From contig JBAZWE010000005.1 of NCBI GenBank assembly GCA_041660545.1, forward strand, positions 1 through 54,562: a stretch of 54,562 nt of DNA. Reading direction: 5' to 3'. The DNA is from Thermoleophilia bacterium (GTDB lineage: Bacteria > Actinomycetota > Thermoleophilia > BMS3ABIN01). The notes beneath the pieces are model-generated. The model ran no database searches. It was given only the letters and a program-made list of their open reading frames with translations, and was not told the origin of the DNA. Shown piece after piece: positions 8,349-17,157 of the stretch; within the stretch, counting starts at the first letter, position 1, and each line of letters opens with the position of its first letter. Position numbers and translations under genes: made by a program.

Positions 8349-9638
8349 CTAGTTACCTCCTGACATCTCGACAGCATCGGCGGATTTTGGTACGCCACCG
8401 TTGCTCTGAATGCTCTTAAGTGCCGCTCCGGTGCCATCCTGCACCGATGTAGCTACATCGTCTGGCCTTCTTGCCACACCGCAGGCGTGCAGACCGGCGA
8501 CTTTTTGTTGTGAATCCATGAAGCCGTTGGCCTCGTATACAAGATCAGCCGGAAGATTGGCTCCCTTGGCCGCGGGCTCCATGCCAGCCGCCAGAACAAC
8601 CATGTCGAATGTAGCTTCAACCTTGCCGCCGCCGAGTATGTCCTCGACTGTGACTGTGACATCACCAGTTGCCGGGTCTTCCTCGATCTTGGCTACTTTG
8701 CCCTTTGTCATGGTGACGTTCTCATCCGCTTTTACCTGCATGAGGAAGTCCTCATACTTGCCTGCGGCGCGCAGATCGATGTAGAAGATCGTCGCCTTGC
8801 TGTCTTCGGGATAACAATCCCTCAAATAGGTAGCCTGCTTGAGAGAGGCCATGCAGCAGATGGAGGAACAGTAATCGAGATTGTTCTCATCGCGACTGCC
8901 GGCGCACTGGGCGAAAGCGATGTTTTTGACTTCCTTGCCATCTGAGGGCCTGAGAATCTTGCCCTGAGTCGGTCCATTGGGTGCGGCAAGACGCTCCATC
9001 ATCACGTTGGTGATGACGTTTTTCGCGACTCCGAAGTTGAGATTGTCGATCTTCGATGCATCGTACGGGTTCCATCCTGTAGCGAAGACAACACTGCTTA
9101 CATCGAACTCTACGGTTTTTGCCTGCATATCCAGATCTATGGCGCCATACTTGCATGCATCCACGCACTTCGTGCAGCCGGAGCCGCATGCATTTTTGTC
9201 CAGAACATAACGCATGGGGAAAGACATTTCGTGCGGCAGATAGATCGCCTTGGTCGTGTCCATCCCGTAGTTGAAGTCATTAGCGCGTTCTCCAGGACAT
9301 TCAGCCACGCAATCATTGCAGCAGGTACACTTCTCATTTACATAGCCCGGGTTCACCTGGACTGTGACCTTATAGTTTCCCTCGCTGCCGGAAATGCTCT
9401 TTACCTCTGACAGTGTGTGAAAGCTGATCTTGGGATTCTGCTTGATGCGCTTGAAGTTGATCTCCAAACCACAATATGGAGGGCAAAGCTTGGGAAAATA
9501 CTTGTGCAGCTGTGCAACCCGACCGCCAAGATAGGCATTCTTCTCAATGATGACGGCCTCGAGGCCCGCTTCCGCGGCCTCAACAGCGGCGGTTATACCG
9601 CTGATGCCTCCTCCTACTATTAAAACTTTGTCTGCCAT
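8349..9638 (-). CDS. qmoA: Qmo subunit A (HdrA-like flavoprotein)
   Basis: N-terminal VGGGISGITAA Rossmann motif and HdrA-like Cys motifs, 429 aa. First gene after aprA. GAGGAGG RBS. Confidence 0.92.
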   Translation of the reverse strand: MADKVLIVGGGISGITAAVEAAEAGLEAVIIEKNAYLGGRVAQLHKYFPKLCPPYCGLEINFKRIKQNPKISFHTLSEVKSISGSEGNYKVTVQVNPGYVNEKCTCCNDCVAECPGERANDFNYGMDTTKAIYLPHEMSFPMRYVLDKNACGSGCTKCVDACKYGAIDLDMQAKTVEFDVSSVVFATGWNPYDASKIDNLNFGVAKNVITNVMMERLAAPNGPTQGKILRPSDGKEVKNIAFAQCAGSRDENNLDYCSSICCMASLKQATYLRDCYPEDSKATIFYIDLRAAGKYEDFLMQVKADENVTMTKGKVAKIEEDPATGDVTVTVEDILGGGKVEATFDMVVLAAGMEPAAKGANLPADLVYEANGFMDSQQKVAGLHACGVARRPDDVATSVQDGTGAALKSIQSNGGVPKSADAVEMSGGN

Positions 9639-9744
9639 AACGTCCCTCCTCGTGAGACTGTAACGCTAGCGGCTATCCGTGATCCGTGATGGGCAGTGAG
9701 GCTTTTTGAGAACTTACTGCTCATAACGCATCACGGCATTGTGA

Positions 9745-9778
9745 GGGCGGGGCAAGCCTTTGAAGGCTTGCCCCGCCC
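9745..9778 (-). promoter_or_regulatory. Intercistronic GC-rich stem-loop in the aprA-qmoA spacer (no U-tract)
   Basis: Perfect inverted repeat GGGCGGGGCAAGCC (9745-9758) / GGCTTGCCCCGCCC (9765-9778). The 173-nt spacer also contains a second nested pairing: CCGTGATG 9685-9692 with CATCACGG 9729-9736, and GCAGT 9693-9697 with ACTGC 9716-9720. Confidence 0.6.
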
Positions 9779-9811
9779 GTTATTCTCAGGTCCTTACCTG
9801 GTCAAGTGGTT

Positions 9812-11812
9812 CTAGACCGGGGCCGGGGCTGCTACCAGCTCGACATACGGGACCTTCTTGTGCTCCCACGTGTCCGACTCCATGCTGTACTTGGAGTTGG
9901 TGAAGCACTTCCAGTTCTCGTCGTCGACGACCGGGAAGTCACCACGGTAGTAGTAACCGGGGTAGCGGGTCTCTTCACGGAAGTTGATGTGACGGGCATG
10001 CGCCTCTGCCGCCCAGATACGGTGCCAGTTCTCCCAGCAGCGAAGCAGATCGTGCAGATCCGCCGCGGCGAGCCTGGCGGCATCCTCTTTCAGGATGTCG
10101 ATCTTCTTAAGGCCCTCGGCCAGCAATGTACCGCTGGTCGTGTACCAGGTCGAAATACCACCGACATACTCATCCATGATCTTCATCAGGCGGAACTGCA
10201 GCATCCGCGGGCTGATGTAGTTCGGATTGACATCGATGTTCTTCGGCGAAGTCGTATAGGAGTTGTACTTGGCGTAGAGCTCCAGCGGCGCATACATCTC
10301 AGCCACCAGATCGTCCACGCTCTCCTTGACGGCAGGGGTGTAATCAGCGTGATCCATGACCCATGCAACCATAGACTTGCCGGCCATCCTGCCCTCGGCG
10401 TGCGAGCCGGAGGAGAACTTGTGACCGGAGGCGCCTACGACGTCACCAGACATGAACAGTCCGTTAACAGTCGACATGCGGTTGTAGCCCCAAGACCACT
10501 CTTCAGGAGCGCCAGGGATGTCGCCAGGACCGCTTACCCAGAAGCCGGCACAGCCAGCGTGTGAACCAAGCAGATACGGCTCGGACGGCATAAGCTCGGA
10601 CGGTACCTTGTCCGGCTCGACGTCCTGGGCGGCCCAGAGGCCGGCCTGCGCGATGGTCATGTCGAGGAAGTCTTCCCAAGCCTCTGCCTCGAGGTGCTTG
10701 AGCGCCTTCTCATCCATTGTCTCAGCCAGCTTGGCCATGGCCTTATCGGTGTGCATCATGATGGGACCGTTACCGGCCTTCATCTCGATCATGGCCGCGT
10801 GGTTACGCAGGTTGGTGCCCATCGGGTTGTCATAGGGGGCGAACTGCTCGTGGATGATGTCAGCGTGCTTGACGCAATAGTCCTCACCCAGGGCATTGGT
10901 CGCCTGTGCCTTGAAGAACAGGAACCAGGCGCCTACCGGACCGTAACCATCCTTGAAGCGCATCGGTACGAAGCGGTTTTCCATCAGGGTCAGCTCAGCG
11001 CCGGCCTGGATGCCCATAGCATAGCCTGATCCGGAGTTCCATACCGGGAACCATGCACGGCCCATGCCCTCGCCGACCGACCGCGGCCGGAAGACGTTTA
11101 CGGCACCGCCGGAAGCGTTGAGGACTGAATTCGCCCTGAAGACGAAGACCTTGTTCTCACGAACGCTGAAACCGATGGCGCCAGCTACACGGTTGGGCTC
11201 ATTGGAGTCCATGAGAAGCCTGGTGCAGTAGACACGCTCATACAGGTTATCAGCCATACCGGTAGCGGCTTTGTTGAGCTCCAGGGCCTTCTTGGCAACT
11301 TCGCCAACGATTGCCTTGTAAGACTCGCCATTGATCATGATCTGCCATTTACCGGAACGTACCGGAGTTCCGCCATCTTTCAGCGCCGGAGCGCCGGCGT
11401 CACGGGAAGCGATACCGTCCATGGAGTGGCCCTCGGCGTCTTTCTTCCAGATCGGGAGGCCCCACTCTTCAAACAGATGCACTGAATCATCCACGTAGCG
11501 TGCGAGATCCCAGGTAAGGTCCTCGCGGGTGATGCCCATAAGGTCGGAACGCACCATGCGGACATAGTCCATCGGGTCGTTGTCACCGATATAGGTGTTG
11601 ATGGCCGAGAGACCCTGAGCGACAGCGCCGCTTCTCTCAACTGCGGCCTTGTCGACCAATACTACCTTGAGGTTCTTGGGGTTAGCCCAACGGCAAGCCT
11701 CGAAGGCAGCGCCGGCGCCTGACATACCGCCGCCGAGAATCAGAATATCGCAATCCACCTCTTCAACGGCCGGCTTCTCAACAAACTGGAAGCTGTTAGT
11801 TTCTTTCTCCAT
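9812..11812 (-). CDS. aprA: Adenylylsulfate (APS) reductase alpha subunit
   Basis: FAD-binding N-terminus DILILGGGMSGAGAA, fumarate-reductase-family flavoprotein of about 666 aa, directly after aprB. ATG 11812 is preferred (AAGGAG 8 nt upstream). The ORF-track GTG 11818 sits 2 nt from the SD. Confidence 0.95.
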   Translation of the reverse strand: MEKETNSFQFVEKPAVEEVDCDILILGGGMSGAGAAFEACRWANPKNLKVVLVDKAAVERSGAVAQGLSAINTYIGDNDPMDYVRMVRSDLMGITREDLTWDLARYVDDSVHLFEEWGLPIWKKDAEGHSMDGIASRDAGAPALKDGGTPVRSGKWQIMINGESYKAIVGEVAKKALELNKAATGMADNLYERVYCTRLLMDSNEPNRVAGAIGFSVRENKVFVFRANSVLNASGGAVNVFRPRSVGEGMGRAWFPVWNSGSGYAMGIQAGAELTLMENRFVPMRFKDGYGPVGAWFLFFKAQATNALGEDYCVKHADIIHEQFAPYDNPMGTNLRNHAAMIEMKAGNGPIMMHTDKAMAKLAETMDEKALKHLEAEAWEDFLDMTIAQAGLWAAQDVEPDKVPSELMPSEPYLLGSHAGCAGFWVSGPGDIPGAPEEWSWGYNRMSTVNGLFMSGDVVGASGHKFSSGSHAEGRMAGKSMVAWVMDHADYTPAVKESVDDLVAEMYAPLELYAKYNSYTTSPKNIDVNPNYISPRMLQFRLMKIMDEYVGGISTWYTTSGTLLAEGLKKIDILKEDAARLAAADLHDLLRCWENWHRIWAAEAHARHINFREETRYPGYYYRGDFPVVDDENWKCFTNSKYSMESDTWEHKKVPYVELVAAPAPV

Positions 11813-11841
11813 ACTCACATCTCCTTATTTACCAATTTTAA

Positions 11842-12252
11842 TTAAGCAGTGAAGTTGAAGAAGCCGGGCTTCTTCAGTTCATCGAAGTTTGCTTCCGGCA
11901 TACCGGCATACGGATCGGTGATGCCTTCCGGACGCAGGTTGATCGGGAACTTGAAGCGCTTGAGTGTGCCATTGCGGAACTTTACGGTCCACATGATGGA
12001 ATCGGTACCCCTCATCGGGATAACGGAAGCACCAAGCGGAGCGAAGTCAGCGTAAGCGCGGACCTCAATAGCCTGCTGCGGGCAGATCTTGACACAGTTG
12101 TAGCACTCCCAGCACTGTTCCGGCTCCTGATTGTGCGCCTTCATTCTTTCTGTGTCCAGCGTCATCAGGTCGTGCGGGCAGATGTACATGCAAGCGGTCT
12201 TTTCCTGACCCTTGCAGCCATCGCATTTTTCTGTAATCACGAAACTAGGCAT
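11842..12252 (-). CDS. aprB: APS reductase beta subunit (2x[4Fe-4S])
   Basis: Starts MPSFV.. as in known AprB. Has CDGCKG...C.YICP and CWECYNCVKICP motifs plus the AprB-type C-terminal tail. The TTG 12264 of the ORF track abuts the SD and is rejected. Confidence 0.95.
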   Translation of the reverse strand: MPSFVITEKCDGCKGQEKTACMYICPHDLMTLDTERMKAHNQEPEQCWECYNCVKICPQQAIEVRAYADFAPLGASVIPMRGTDSIMWTVKFRNGTLKRFKFPINLRPEGITDPYAGMPEANFDELKKPGFFNFTA

Positions 12253-12281
12253 ATCGTTTTCCAACCTCCTTGATTTTGATA

Positions 12282-12307
12282 TTGCTGCCTAAACTGGTTT
12301 GCTGCCT
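12282..12307 (-). repeat. Tandem 9-mer (plus strand TTGCTGCCT; minus strand AGGCAGCAA) in the aprB 5' leader, 17-nt period
   Basis: Exact copies at 12282-12290 and 12299-12307, 30-55 nt upstream of the aprB start. Confidence 0.5.
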
Positions 12308-12393
12308 GTCCTGCACCCCCTCTCTCGGGATTATTTATTTCAAATCTGTCACTCTATAAATATGGGCATCAGCGCGAAGCCGACAGCCTCGAA

Positions 12394-13608
12394 TTAAACG
12401 CCTTCCGAGTACTTGTGAGTCTTGATCTCTACCTTCTCGGTAAGACCCTCATAATAAGCGCGCAGTATCGTCAGGACTTCCGGACGGCTGAAGTGGTCTG
12501 GCACATCGTCGCCTTCTGAAAGCATCTTGCGCAGCTTTGTACCTGAAAGCAGCATGCGGTCTTCCTTGCCATGGGGGCATGTGCGCATTGACGCCATGCC
12601 GTCGCACTTGGTGCAATAGAAAGTCCAGTCGATCTTGAGCGGCTTGGTTTCCAGTGCACCTTCGGGGATCAGGTCGAAGATGTGGTGCGCGTCGAAGGGG
12701 CCATAGTAATCGCCTACACCGGCATGGTCACGACCGACAATCAGGTGGCTGCAGCCATAATTCTGGCGGAAAAGGGCGTGGAGCAGAGCCTCACGCGGGC
12801 CGGCATAGCGCATGTCCAGCGGATAGCCGCCGACGGCGCAGGTGTCTTTCACAAAGTAATCCTCGATAAGGATATCGATGGCGTTCTGACGCACGTCTGA
12901 TGGAATATCACCGGGTTTCAGCTTGCCGAGGAGCATATGGATGAAGACGCCGTCACAAGTCTCGATGGCGATCTTTGCCAGGTATTCATGTGAGCGATGC
13001 ATCGGGTTACGTGTCTGGAAAGCGGCAACCGTGTTCCAGCCCTTCTCCTCGAAGATTGCCCGCGACTGTGCGGGGGTCAGGTAGATCTCGGGATACTCTG
13101 AAGGGAAGTTGGCCTGGGAAAGCACCTTGACCGGTCCGGCCAGGTTTACTTCCTCCTGGTTCATGACCATCGCCACTCCGGGATGCTCGATGTCGGTGGT
13201 CGTATAGACCGTATTGCACTCGTGCTCTTTGTCGATGGTGTATTTCTCGGTGACGGTCATGGTCGCCATGGTCTCGCCCGTCTCCTCGGAAACCAGGGCG
13301 ATCTCCTCGCCATCCTTGATACTGTCAGCCTGTCCCTGCGTGGTCGAGAGGGTGATAGGGATGGGCCAGAATGTGCCATCTGCCATGGTGAACTTGTCGC
13401 AGACGCCCTGCCAGTCGGCCTTGGTCATAAAACCTGTAAGCGGGGTGAAGCCGCCGATGCCCATCATAATAAGGTCGCCGACTTCGCGAGAGGAGATACG
13501 TACCTGCGTCAGGCTCTTGGCCTTTTCCTGCTCCGCCTCCAGCTGTGCCCCATCAAGCAGAAGCGGCATTAATTTCTTGTCTTTTCCGTGTGGATTAACC
13601 AAAGCCAT
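12394..13608 (-). CDS. sat: Sulfate adenylyltransferase (ATP sulfurylase)
   Basis: Motifs [11 protein letters not shown] and GRDHAGVG, 404 aa, AGGAGGG RBS. Confidence 0.95.
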   Translation of the reverse strand: MALVNPHGKDKKLMPLLLDGAQLEAEQEKAKSLTQVRISSREVGDLIMMGIGGFTPLTGFMTKADWQGVCDKFTMADGTFWPIPITLSTTQGQADSIKDGEEIALVSEETGETMATMTVTEKYTIDKEHECNTVYTTTDIEHPGVAMVMNQEEVNLAGPVKVLSQANFPSEYPEIYLTPAQSRAIFEEKGWNTVAAFQTRNPMHRSHEYLAKIAIETCDGVFIHMLLGKLKPGDIPSDVRQNAIDILIEDYFVKDTCAVGGYPLDMRYAGPREALLHALFRQNYGCSHLIVGRDHAGVGDYYGPFDAHHIFDLIPEGALETKPLKIDWTFYCTKCDGMASMRTCPHGKEDRMLLSGTKLRKMLSEGDDVPDHFSRPEVLTILRAYYEGLTEKVEIKTHKYSEGV

Positions 13609-13665
13609 TAGCGTGACCCTCCTGTTAGTTTTTTCCTTGTGTCATTCACTATCAGCACTCGCGCC

Positions 13666-14313
13666 TTAGCTGAGACCGAGCGTTGTTACGACGTTGGCGA
13701 ATATCTCATCGATGTTGCCGGTGCCGGTTACTGATTTTACGATGCCCTTCTTATCGTAGTAATCGATAAGTGGTGCAGTCTGCGCGGTGTATACCTCGAG
13801 CCGCTTCTGAATCGTCTCTTCCTTGTCATCATCCCTCTGATAGAGTTCGCCACCGCATTTGTCGCATTTTCCTTCCGTGGCGGGAGGGCTGAAATAGAGG
13901 TTATACATCTGACCGCAGTCTTTGCAGGTGCGACGGCCGGTAAGGCGTTTCATGAGGTCTTCGAGGGGGACATCGACGCTGAGAGCCGCATCGAGTGACA
14001 TTCCCAGTTTGTCGAGCATTTCATCCAGAGCTTCGGCCTGTGCTGTATTGCGTGGGAAACCGTCAAGAATGTAACCGTTTTTGCAGTCGTCCTCTTGCAG
14101 TCGTTCCTCGACCATGCCGAGTACCACGCTATCCGGAACCAGCTCACCCTTGTCCATATAAGACTTGGCTTCCTTGCCCAGATCAGTTCCAGCTCCTACG
14201 GCCGCACGCAAAAGATCACCTGTAGAGATCTGCGGCATCCCGTATTTTTCAATAAGCTTCTTTGCCTGCGTACCCTTGCCCGCACCTGGTGCTCCCAGCA
14301 GTACTAGTCTCAC
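13666..14313 (-). CDS. adk: Adenylate kinase (zinc-LID type)
   Basis: P-loop GAPGAGKGT and LID Cys knuckles CKDCG...CDKCG. GTG 14313 lies 5 nt after GGAGG, whereas the ORF-track TTG 14325 overlaps the SD. Only 57 nt upstream of sat. Confidence 0.93.
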   Translation of the reverse strand: MRLVLLGAPGAGKGTQAKKLIEKYGMPQISTGDLLRAAVGAGTDLGKEAKSYMDKGELVPDSVVLGMVEERLQEDDCKNGYILDGFPRNTAQAEALDEMLDKLGMSLDAALSVDVPLEDLMKRLTGRRTCKDCGQMYNLYFSPPATEGKCDKCGGELYQRDDDKEETIQKRLEVYTAQTAPLIDYYDKKGIVKSVTGTGNIDEIFANVVTTLGLS

Positions 14314-14855
14314 ACTTGCCTCCAATTTGATCGCAAGAATTTGGATTGACCATCAATCAGGCAAAATTATCCCGGTCAACCTTATCTATTTATAAGTCAT
14401 TTAAGACTGGAAGGACTTTTGCAGCGAGTAATACTATTTACTCCAGACTGCTTTTTCAACCGCTTAATCTGAACCGTTTAAGCATGATTTTCCAGCCAAG
14501 TCTGAAACGGTTTTTGAGCGTCATATACCGCTCATTCATGGTTTACTGAAACAACATACAGTCAAACTTGCGATGGTGTTGCTGCTGGTTCAGGCTGTGC
14601 CCTTGACTTCATGCATGCGTGCTTTTTTATTGGCACAACCCTGCTGGATACCACCGGGCGTATATTCTATACCGATGCTCGCCCGCGTTTCAAGAAGCAA
14701 ACCGGTGCTTTCTATTAGTCTTTCTTATTAGGCATATCAGGCAGAAATCACTCAATCGCCGGATTTTGTTCATCAGGTGCAATTCCCGGGGGAGGAAAGC
14801 AGTAATTTCTTGAAAATCCGTGCCTGAAAAGCAACATACCGCTACAGCAGGAGGC

Positions 14856-15602
14856 TTATGAAACTTCCAGCCACCCAGGAACGTATTTCCAGGCATCGCC
14901 CAATTCATGGCGGAGCGTTTTGAATTCCGGTTCTTTTCTGCCCACCAGTGCCCAGAACCTCTTGGAGTGGTTCAGATGCACGGTGTGGCACAGCTCATGA
15001 ACCAGAACATAATGAACCAGGCGCTCGGGAAGCAGAAGCAGTTTCTGATTGAGGCTTATGTTCTTTTCCGGAGAGCAGCTGGCCCAGCGAGTACTCTGGT
15101 TCCTGACAGCAGCGTCCGCGAAAGGCATTTCCAGCTCGATACTCAGATTTTCCAGCCAGGGAATGAGGTAGTTTCTGGCCTTGCGTGACGTCCACCGCCT
15201 CAGAGCCATGGTGGAGGCTGCGATCTGATCGGCGTCACCGGAGACCAGTAGTCTGAAATCGGAGTGCTCCCGTGCCGAAGTGCGGGCGCCACCTGTAGAG
15301 CGGTAGAACACCGTCCAGACCTCATTGATAGCCTCAAGGCTGATGGTATCCGGCCTGGTTATCAGCATGGGCGGCTTTAAAAGACGCTGTTCGTCGGCCC
15401 AGCGCCGGGCGTTCTCTATCCAGTTCTTTTTTTCCCTCAGGATATCCGGCAGTCGCTTGCGGTTAAAACCTGCCGGAACAACTATTACCAGCCCGTTCTG
15501 TGGTGTCATGTTCAGGCGTACGGTCTTGGCGCGCAGGCTCTCTCGGATGGAATATTCCTCAAGCAGCACGCTTTCTAAGTCAAATGATAGCTGTTCTTTC
15601 AT
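14856..15602 (-). CDS. YgjP/DUF45-type (M48-like) zinc metallohydrolase
   Basis: HELCH zinc motif in ..YVLVHELCHTVHLNHSKRFW.. Start at ATG 15602. The ORF-track extension to 15710 reads through the tRNA-Ser gene. Confidence 0.8.
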   Translation of the reverse strand: MKEQLSFDLESVLLEEYSIRESLRAKTVRLNMTPQNGLVIVVPAGFNRKRLPDILREKKNWIENARRWADEQRLLKPPMLITRPDTISLEAINEVWTVFYRSTGGARTSAREHSDFRLLVSGDADQIAASTMALRRWTSRKARNYLIPWLENLSIELEMPFADAAVRNQSTRWASCSPEKNISLNQKLLLLPERLVHYVLVHELCHTVHLNHSKRFWALVGRKEPEFKTLRHELGDAWKYVPGWLEVS

Positions 15603-15682
15603 TCTCGCCAACGATTTTTTCAGATACCGGCAGGTAATGACAAGCGAAAAATTAAAAAAGTCGCAGCTCGCTGCAGAAAGTC

Positions 15683-15777
15683 TGGCGGAGGGGGTGGGAT
15701 TCGAACCCACGAGGGACCGCGAAGGCCCCTGCCGGTTTTCAAGACCGGTGCGTTCAGCCGGACTCCGCCACCCCTCC
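15683..15777 (-). tRNA. tRNA-Ser (anticodon UGA), CCA encoded
   Basis: Acceptor GGAGGGG/CCCCTCC, anticodon arm CCGGT-CTTGAAA-ACCGG, long variable arm, GGTTCGAATCC T loop. Confidence 0.9.
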
Positions 15778-15792
15778 GCGTTGCCAACAATA

Positions 15793-15872
15793 CCGGGGAC
15801 ACCTTACTCAATTCCAACATTATAAACGTGAACGCCACGAGAATAAGGCGGGAATTGAGTAAGGTGTCCCGG
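15793..15872. repeat. 80-bp inverted repeat (about 22-bp arms, 35-nt loop) between the serS stop and tRNA-Ser(UGA); possible serS terminator or processing hairpin
   Basis: Left arm CCGGGGACACCTTACTCAATTCC (15793-15815) pairs with right arm GGAATTGAGTAAGGTGTCCCGG (15851-15872), with one bulged G. Confidence 0.6.
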
Positions 15873-15879
15873 CTTCTGA

Positions 15880-17157
15880 CTAGAACCTATTTATTTTATC
15901 CACGCCCATGTAATGTCTTAGCGCCTCCGGCACGGTGATAGAGCCATCTTCATTCTGATAGTTTTCAATGATGGCTGCAAACGTGCGCCCGACCGCCAGA
16001 CCGCTTCCGTTCAATGTATGGACGAATTTCGGTTTGCCCCCGTCGGTGGGCCGATATCGAATATTAAGGCGCCTTGCCTGAAAATCCATATACGTTGAGC
16101 AGGAAGATATCTCCTTGTAATCGTCATAGGACGGCAACCAGACTTCGATGTCGTAGGTCTTTGCCGAAGCAAAGCCCATGTCTCCCGTACAGAGCGCAAC
16201 GGTCCGGTAGGGCAGCTCCAGACGTTTGAGGATCTCTTCAGCGTCGGCGGTAAGTTTTTCAAGTTCGTCGGACGAAGTCTCAGGAAGTACGAACTTGACC
16301 AGTTCTACCTTGTTGAATTGATGCTGGCGTATCAAGCCGCGAGTGTCACGCCCGGCGGCGCCCGCTTCACGACGGAAGCTTGGCAGGTAGGCGGTTACAT
16401 GGATCGGCAGCTCTTCCTCTGCAAGCACCTCGTCGCGATAAATATTGGTGACGGGAACTTCGGCGGTCGGATTCAGGTAAAGGTCGTCATCCCGCAGTTT
16501 GTACATCTCCGCCTGGGCGAACTTTGAAAGCTGACCGGTACCGCGCATACTGTCACTGTTTACAAGGATAGGCGGGAAAAGTTCGGTGTAGCCATGTTCT
16601 TGCGTATGCAGATTGAGGAAGAAGTTGATCAGCGAACGTTCCAGCTTGGCCCCCATGCCTCGCAGCAGCGTAAAACGGGATTCGGCCACCTTGGCGCCCC
16701 GCTCCTGGTCGATGATGCCAAGATCGGCGCCCAGGTCCCAGTGTGCTTTCGCCTCGAAGTCGAATTTCGTCGGCTCTCCCCAGGTGCGAATCAATACATT
16801 GGCGCTCTCATCCGCGCCTTGTGGCACTTCAGGGAGCGGCGTATTGGGGAGGTCCAGGACTATGTCACTGAGTTGTATCTCGATTTCTCGCAGGACGATG
16901 TCTAAAGCCTTGATCTCCTCCCCTACTTTCTTCATGGCGACGATTTTCCCGGAAGCGTCTCCACCGGTTTTCTTCGATGAGGCGATTTCGTCAGAAACCT
17001 GATTGCGCAGCGCTTTCTTCTCTTCTACTTCGACGATGATCTCGCGGCGTTTTCTGTCGAGCTGTGCAAATTCATCAAGCGGCGCATCTATGCCTCTGCG
17101 CTGTAGCGCCTTCATTATTTCATCCGGCTCATTGCGGAGCCGTTTTATGTCCAGCAT
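15880..17157 (-). CDS. serS: Seryl-tRNA synthetase
   Basis: N-terminal coiled-coil arm (MLDIKRLRNEPDEI..) and class II core (..FRREAGAAGRDTRGLIRQHQF.., ..GSGLAVGRT..). ATG 17157 follows a GGAGAG SD. Confidence 0.95.
   Translation of the reverse strand: MLDIKRLRNEPDEIMKALQRRGIDAPLDEFAQLDRKRREIIVEVEEKKALRNQVSDEIASSKKTGGDASGKIVAMKKVGEEIKALDIVLREIEIQLSDIVLDLPNTPLPEVPQGADESANVLIRTWGEPTKFDFEAKAHWDLGADLGIIDQERGAKVAESRFTLLRGMGAKLERSLINFFLNLHTQEHGYTELFPPILVNSDSMRGTGQLSKFAQAEMYKLRDDDLYLNPTAEVPVTNIYRDEVLAEEELPIHVTAYLPSFRREAGAAGRDTRGLIRQHQFNKVELVKFVLPETSSDELEKLTADAEEILKRLELPYRTVALCTGDMGFASAKTYDIEVWLPSYDDYKEISSCSTYMDFQARRLNIRYRPTDGGKPKFVHTLNGSGLAVGRTFAAIIENYQNEDGSITVPEALRHYMGVDKINRF

Noticed and set aside
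7426-8352. Long ORFs antisense to well-supported genes, for example 3531-4367(+), 7426-8352(+), 7889-8419(+), 9806-10564(+), 27694-28431(+), 42454-43044(+), 50590-51249(+), 51792-52598(+), 36668-37285(+), 17867-18499(+).
   Set aside because: Each lies entirely inside a gene on the opposite strand that has clear family motifs. Their translations are low-complexity or Arg/Ser/Pro-rich with no motifs and no SD. They are typical shadow ORFs of a moderately GC-rich genome.
12253-12393. Promoter or Rex-type operator (TTGTGAA-N6-TTCACAA) in the sat-aprB spacer and upstream of adk.
   Set aside because: There is no acceptable -35/-10 pair with 16-18-nt spacing and no Rex-like palindrome by eye. Only the tandem 9-mer is reported.
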